Shown piece after piece: positions 59,140 through 64,000 of a stretch of DNA of 64,000 nucleotides (position 1 is the first letter of the stretch; each line of letters starts with the position of its first letter). Origin of the DNA: Toensbergia leucococca (lineage: Eukaryota); the NCBI GenBank assembly GCA_022813965.1, contig JALDZS010000139.1, forward strand, positions 1 to 64,000, given 5' to 3'. A program made the position numbers and the translations under genes. Below the pieces are notes generated by a model. It was not told the DNA's origin and did not search any database. It saw only the letters and a list, made by a program, of their open reading frames with translations.

Positions 59140-62100
59140 CGAAGACAGCAACTTATATTTATACGTAGATCTTAGCCTATACTCATCCATAGCAAGATGC
59201 GTGGCGGATCGCAAAGACGGAGATTGGTGTTACGCGGCGGAATGATATAGATGTTTGTTTCTCTGGAACTTCAGCAAAGGAATACTTTAACAAAATGAGA
59301 CTGACTTCCCGAAAACGCATTTACTAATTCGATAGAACCCTCGCAAAATAGGTATCTCTCGCAAAACAGCTTTCCAATCTTACTGTTTAGGTATCAAGAT
59401 CAGATAGCAGCTTAATCTACCATCATATTATTTATATTTCAAATTCGAAAATTGATAGACATTTTCGTCTTGCCCTGTCCATTTACAATTGTATACTCCG
59501 TACCTGACAACAGTTTCACTACCTTTGTCCCAGGCTTTGCAAGCATCTCTCGCGACGTATTTCCATGCGATCCTTTCAGCTCATACTCCATGAGCCGTAC
59601 AATCATGTCACGGATATGGTGTTGTTGACTGCTTCTTCTTTCGTATCAGCTTACTAATTCAAAAGCCCGGATGACAGCTGAGATTAGCCTCACCCATCTC
59701 GATTCGATTGCTCATTTCCTCACTGCCGCTGCACATCATCATCAAGAATCTCAATATGCACCAATTTTGCTTACTTCCACTCTGAAAGGCCCGGGTAGAG
59801 GTAACTTCCCTCCATACAATCAACCCCTCGAATATCTAAAATCCAACCTCAAAGACCGTAACTCATGAATAACCCGAAAGATGCACCTACACTAACATGA
59901 TTCAGTCAAGTAACCCGAGACTAAAGGTCTAAATCTTTGCTGAGTAGTACGTAGCATCTCCGCGTTTTATCACGACTAACTCAGAGACACAGCAAGGCGC
60001 GACGTATCTTGAAATTAGGAAGAGTGGTTGGGTAGAATAAGAGCCCGAATTTCAGCCACCTATCCACTTTTGTGCCGCGAAAGTCAAGGCTTTAAGGGGA
60101 CCTGAAGAGCAGATGCATGGCACCATCCATTTCTTTATCGTAACATGCCTGGATCAAGCAGCCACGTTATACTAACAGGGTTTCCCAGCTCTGATATGCC
60201 ATTGCAGCAATATTCTTTCCCCCCGGACCAAAGCAACTCTGCTATTTTTCAAACTTTTCTTGAATAATAGAGCAAAGCGTTGATGATGATGATTGATTCC
60301 ATAGCCAAGGAGGAGAAGAAACTGCTATTTATGTTTTACACTCGCTAAGCATAGGGGGGGTGGCAGAGAAGTGGACAATTTTTTCAACCCCAGCTTTTTT
60401 TCCTCTCAGGAAAAGCAATCATCATGGCTTCTGAAAGAAACCTCCTCATTTGTACATGCTGATACATCATCACCGCCTTCTCGAAACTCACAGCCCCCTC
60501 CACTCAACCCCCCTCACAACCTCATTATCACTCATCAGAAAAACCCTGTGACGCCTTCTTTATAAAATTGCTCAATCAAATCTCAATCAATGATCTTTCT
60601 ATCCTTTCTCTCATCAATCTTGTTTCTCCTCTCTTAATTTCAGAGCTGCCTGCTCTCTCATGTCTCCTTTGTGTCTGTAGATGAAGGGTGATGACTCTCG
60701 GTTCTAAGAGTTTTGAAAGAAAAAGCAGGGGGGAGAGTGGGAGAAAAGAAAGATTATGAACTTCAAGGGGGGTTTTTCTTATCAAGCTTCAGTCACAGCA
60801 TTTTTTCTTCAAAAGAATGACTTTTACAAGTTTTCCTCCAAAAAGACGTGATGAAAAGACAAACTAAATGAGAACTCATTGAACACAAAGGGTGTCTCTT
60901 TTTTGAACTAATGTGTACCTACTTCACAAGAGACACACACACATATAAATGAAGCAAGAAGAAGAGCTAAGACCTGCCCATTTCAAGGTCAAAGTAAATC
61001 AAACTGCAAAGGTGAGGAATGAATCAGGCAAAGCAGAATCCCAGCGCTTGAAATACAGGTGAAGAAAAAAACAGATAAGACACACTCTCCAACATCTCAT
61101 GCCAAAAAAAAAAAAAAAAAAAGCGCCACAAACTCAAAGCAAATAAAAAAAACAGATAGTGTAATCTCCGCGTAAAGAAAAAAAGAAAAATATGAGAAAA
61201 TTCAACATTATGAAAAAAGGGGCTTGAGAGAACTGATCGAACACAAACATGTCCATTTCTGAATAAATATGCTTGAGAGAAACACATCAGCCATGTACAG
61301 AAGAAAATAAATTGCCAACTGAAGAGATAGATGCCCGTTCAGCTTGTGGAGGGGGGACCTGGCATTGCCAAAAACGTGTACCGTAGGAAGAAAAATCGCA
61401 TCTCTATCCCGAGATCGGTGCAAACCACAGCAAGTTCATAGAACCGTATCTACCACTCGAACAAATTCCGCCCCCCATGGCAAAAAGAAAAGCTTTCCAC
61501 CCATCACCAGATCCCCGCGCCGCCCCAAAAAACACCCTCCTCTTCCCATCCAACTCACAGCAACACAAAAAAACAAAAAAAAAAGCGGCCACCAGCTCAC
61601 CTGCCACATCCCCATCACACAACACAATTCAAGACACACTCAACCGGCGCGCGCGCTAAGATGCAGGCAGGGGGGAAGTCCCCTTCCCACATTCCCATCT
61701 TCCGAAAACGCCCCTCGTTTCTGCCGTGTTGCGGTAGTAGGAGGAAAGCAGGGGAAGGATTGTTGAGGATTGGATCTACTCAATTTAGAGAGGTCTGTGA
61801 TTTTTTCCTTGCCGGCTTTTGAGGGTTACGGCGATGTGGTCGGAGGGAGGGAAGGAGGAGAGGCGCGGCGCCCGGAGGGAGTTGGGGGTTCTGAGGGGCC
61901 ATGTGGGCGCGGAGAAGGTGGACGTTGTGCTTCAGGAGCTTGGAAAGTGAGAGGTTCGGGCTGGAGTGGAGAGGGCTGAGGAGGTAGGGCTCTACAACTC
62001 TCGAGACGGTCGTGGAAGGCTCGCTCGCTGTGTGAGGGATGGGTATTCCAATCCGTGCCAGGTTGTTTGTTCTCAGAGGGGAATTAGGCGAGTCCTCCGC

Positions 62101-63081
62101 TGAAGTATGAGCCATTTATATCTCATGCTGCTTTTCACCGCTGCGTTCATGATATCGATATCACTGATCACTTCTTCTTCTATGGCAGGGATATCGATGA
62201 GACATTTCCTCGTATAATAGTGGTGCTGGCTCGACGGAAGCATGCCAGGTGAGGCAGTAATCTTAATGAACTCTGCTTCCATTGAATGAGATGAGGTTGG
62301 GGAACTTGTTGGTGGATGGCTGTTGTAAACCGTGAATAAAGGAGATTATGGCTTAGGGTCATGTGGGAGACTTTAAGAATGAAAGAATCAGTCTGTTAAG
62401 ACATAGAGAGGGATGCTCATAGGCATGACTGAATCGAAGACTGTGACCGGGGTTTTCGCACTTACTTTTTTCCTGTTTTGTGGTATGAAGACTAAGAAAA
62501 AGAAATGCGTAAGTGATAATAAGAAGAGAGAAAGGGGGAAAAAAAGGGGGAGAGCAAGTGTTTTATGTAGTCTTTATCTCTACCACAAAAAAATGGACTG
62601 AGAAAGAGGAAGAGCAGGATTCTTCTTCACATCAGAAGGGTTCAACTTTGATGCCATTTTTTTTGGAAAAGAAAGAAAAGGGGAAAAAGGGTGAGGGGAT
62701 TTCATACATCTTAAGAAAAGGGTGAAACTGAAAGTGATAAAAAAAAAATAGGTAAATAAACAAAACGGGAGGGGTAAAAGGTGTAAAGCGGGAGGGGAAT
62801 GTTCAATCAAAGGAGGTACCTAGATGAATCTCAACAAAGGAATATGTTTGAGAAAAATATTTGAAAAAAAAATCTGCAATATCCCCCCGCTTCTCGTAAA
62901 CCGACCTAGGTAGAACCAACCAAAGCTCTCCCCCAATCGCGCTACCAAAAGAGCAAAGCAGCCCCCCATGTCGATTTCCGCAGCTTGAAATCTTTCCCAG
63001 AAACCCTCATGTCCAAACAAACAACAAAGAAAGCCAATATGATCCCGACGCCTGGGGGAAAAAAAACAAAAGCCACCAACA

Positions 63082-64000
63082 TCAAGAGCTCCCACCCCCG
63101 ACAGTGGCCAAATACAACAACCCGACCTCCACCGCACTCTTCAACACAACATGCACCTTAACCCTCTGCGTGGCCCGATCCAGCGAATCCAAGCGCACAC
63201 TAGCGCAATCCTCACACTCGCTCGTGCCATTCAACACCGTGCCCCACGTCGGGGTATTGAACAGCAACGTCGACGTCTGCGCCACCAAGCTCAACGACTG
63301 CGCCATCACCGTCGTCGTATTATCTACCCCCGTCATCACGGCCTCGACCGTCACATTCCCCTCCCCAACACCACCACCAAGAGGCGTATACCCAGCCGTG
63401 ACATCCACGCCCCCAGTAACCTCCTCATCCCCGTCCAACTGATCCTGCGAAATCCGCACAAAATTGCTCGTGCTGACGCAAAACGCCACTTCGCGGGGGC
63501 TGATGATGGGGCCGAGGGCGTCGTTGGCCGAAGGGTAGTATTGGGTGCTGTCGACGCAGATTTCCGTGTCGGCGCAGTCGTGGACCTCGACGATGCGCGG
63601 GGGGGGTCGGACTTGCCAGGCGCCGAAGAGGGTGCATTGGATTTGGAAGCGTTGGGGGCTGGTGTTGTGGAGGCAGAAGGACATTTCGAACCAGCGGCCA
63701 CCAGGGTTGCTGCATGATCTTTGGGGACGGGAGTCGCGGGGATGGAGGGAGGGGCGTTGGGAGGTTGAGGGGGGGAGTTGGTGGTGGTGGTGGTGGATGG
63801 AGATCTGGGAGGTGATGTCTTTGCCGGTTGGGTCGTGGATACTTATTTGGAAGATGTTGGAGGGGCTGTGGGTTGGATGTGGGTGTTAGTGGTTATGCTG
63901 AGAGCTCTTGTTTTTCTTTGAGAGTGTCTTGGGGGGAAGAAGAGACAACACGTGTAGGAGGTAAAGACATACAAAGAACGACCTTCCTCTCTCCTAAGCC
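63082..64000 (-). CDS. Partial Cys-containing hypothetical protein, possibly secreted; last exon 63865-63082, upstream exon from 63973 runs off the window
   Basis: Open frame extends upstream of the listed ORF to a CTAAC..CAG acceptor at 63866-63868, with a GTATGT donor at 63972; several Cys residues and N-glycosylation sequons. Confidence 0.65.

Noticed and set aside
59500..63000. Short ORFs and AT-rich, CpG-poor patches
   Set aside because: No coherent gene model or element ends; may include old repeat debris but I cannot support a call.
1..64000. rRNA, tRNA, CRISPR arrays or prokaryotic operons
   Set aside because: None recognised; the sequence is intron-containing fungal DNA. A tRNAscan-SE/Infernal run would be needed to exclude small RNA genes.

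Overview
Eukaryotic DNA from a filamentous ascomycete (short GT-AG introns, fungal Zn2Cys6 factors, repeat-induced C-to-T decay). Positions 1-~6.7 kb are an AT-rich, heavily mutated Ty3/Gypsy retrotransposon. Positions ~6.7-23 kb are an accessory zone with gene fragments, a MAPEG gene and a TA-flanked non-autonomous DNA transposon enclosed by a ~180-bp inverted repeat, a secreted PEBP gene and a second Gypsy fragment. The main feature is an intact 11-gene cluster at 23071-50647: gluconokinase, a KduD/IdnO-type SDR, a Zn-dependent polyol/idonate dehydrogenase, two paralogous Gfo/Idh/MocA inositol-dehydrogenase-like genes, myo-inositol oxygenase, a GAR1-like uronate reductase (AKR), an inositol-transporter-like sugar porter, a Zn2Cys6 regulator, and a head-to-head cytochrome P450 plus its own P450 reductase. 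It reads as a self-contained cyclitol catabolic pathway running to 6-phosphogluconate. I infer, without proof, that the P450/CPR pair and the dehydrogenase pair extend it to O-methylated or non-myo inositols such as pinitol. The window ends with an SDR pseudogene, a large Zn2Cys6+C2H2 protein and a partial Cys-rich gene. Exon coordinates were derived by hand, and family assignments rest on motif recognition, not database searches.
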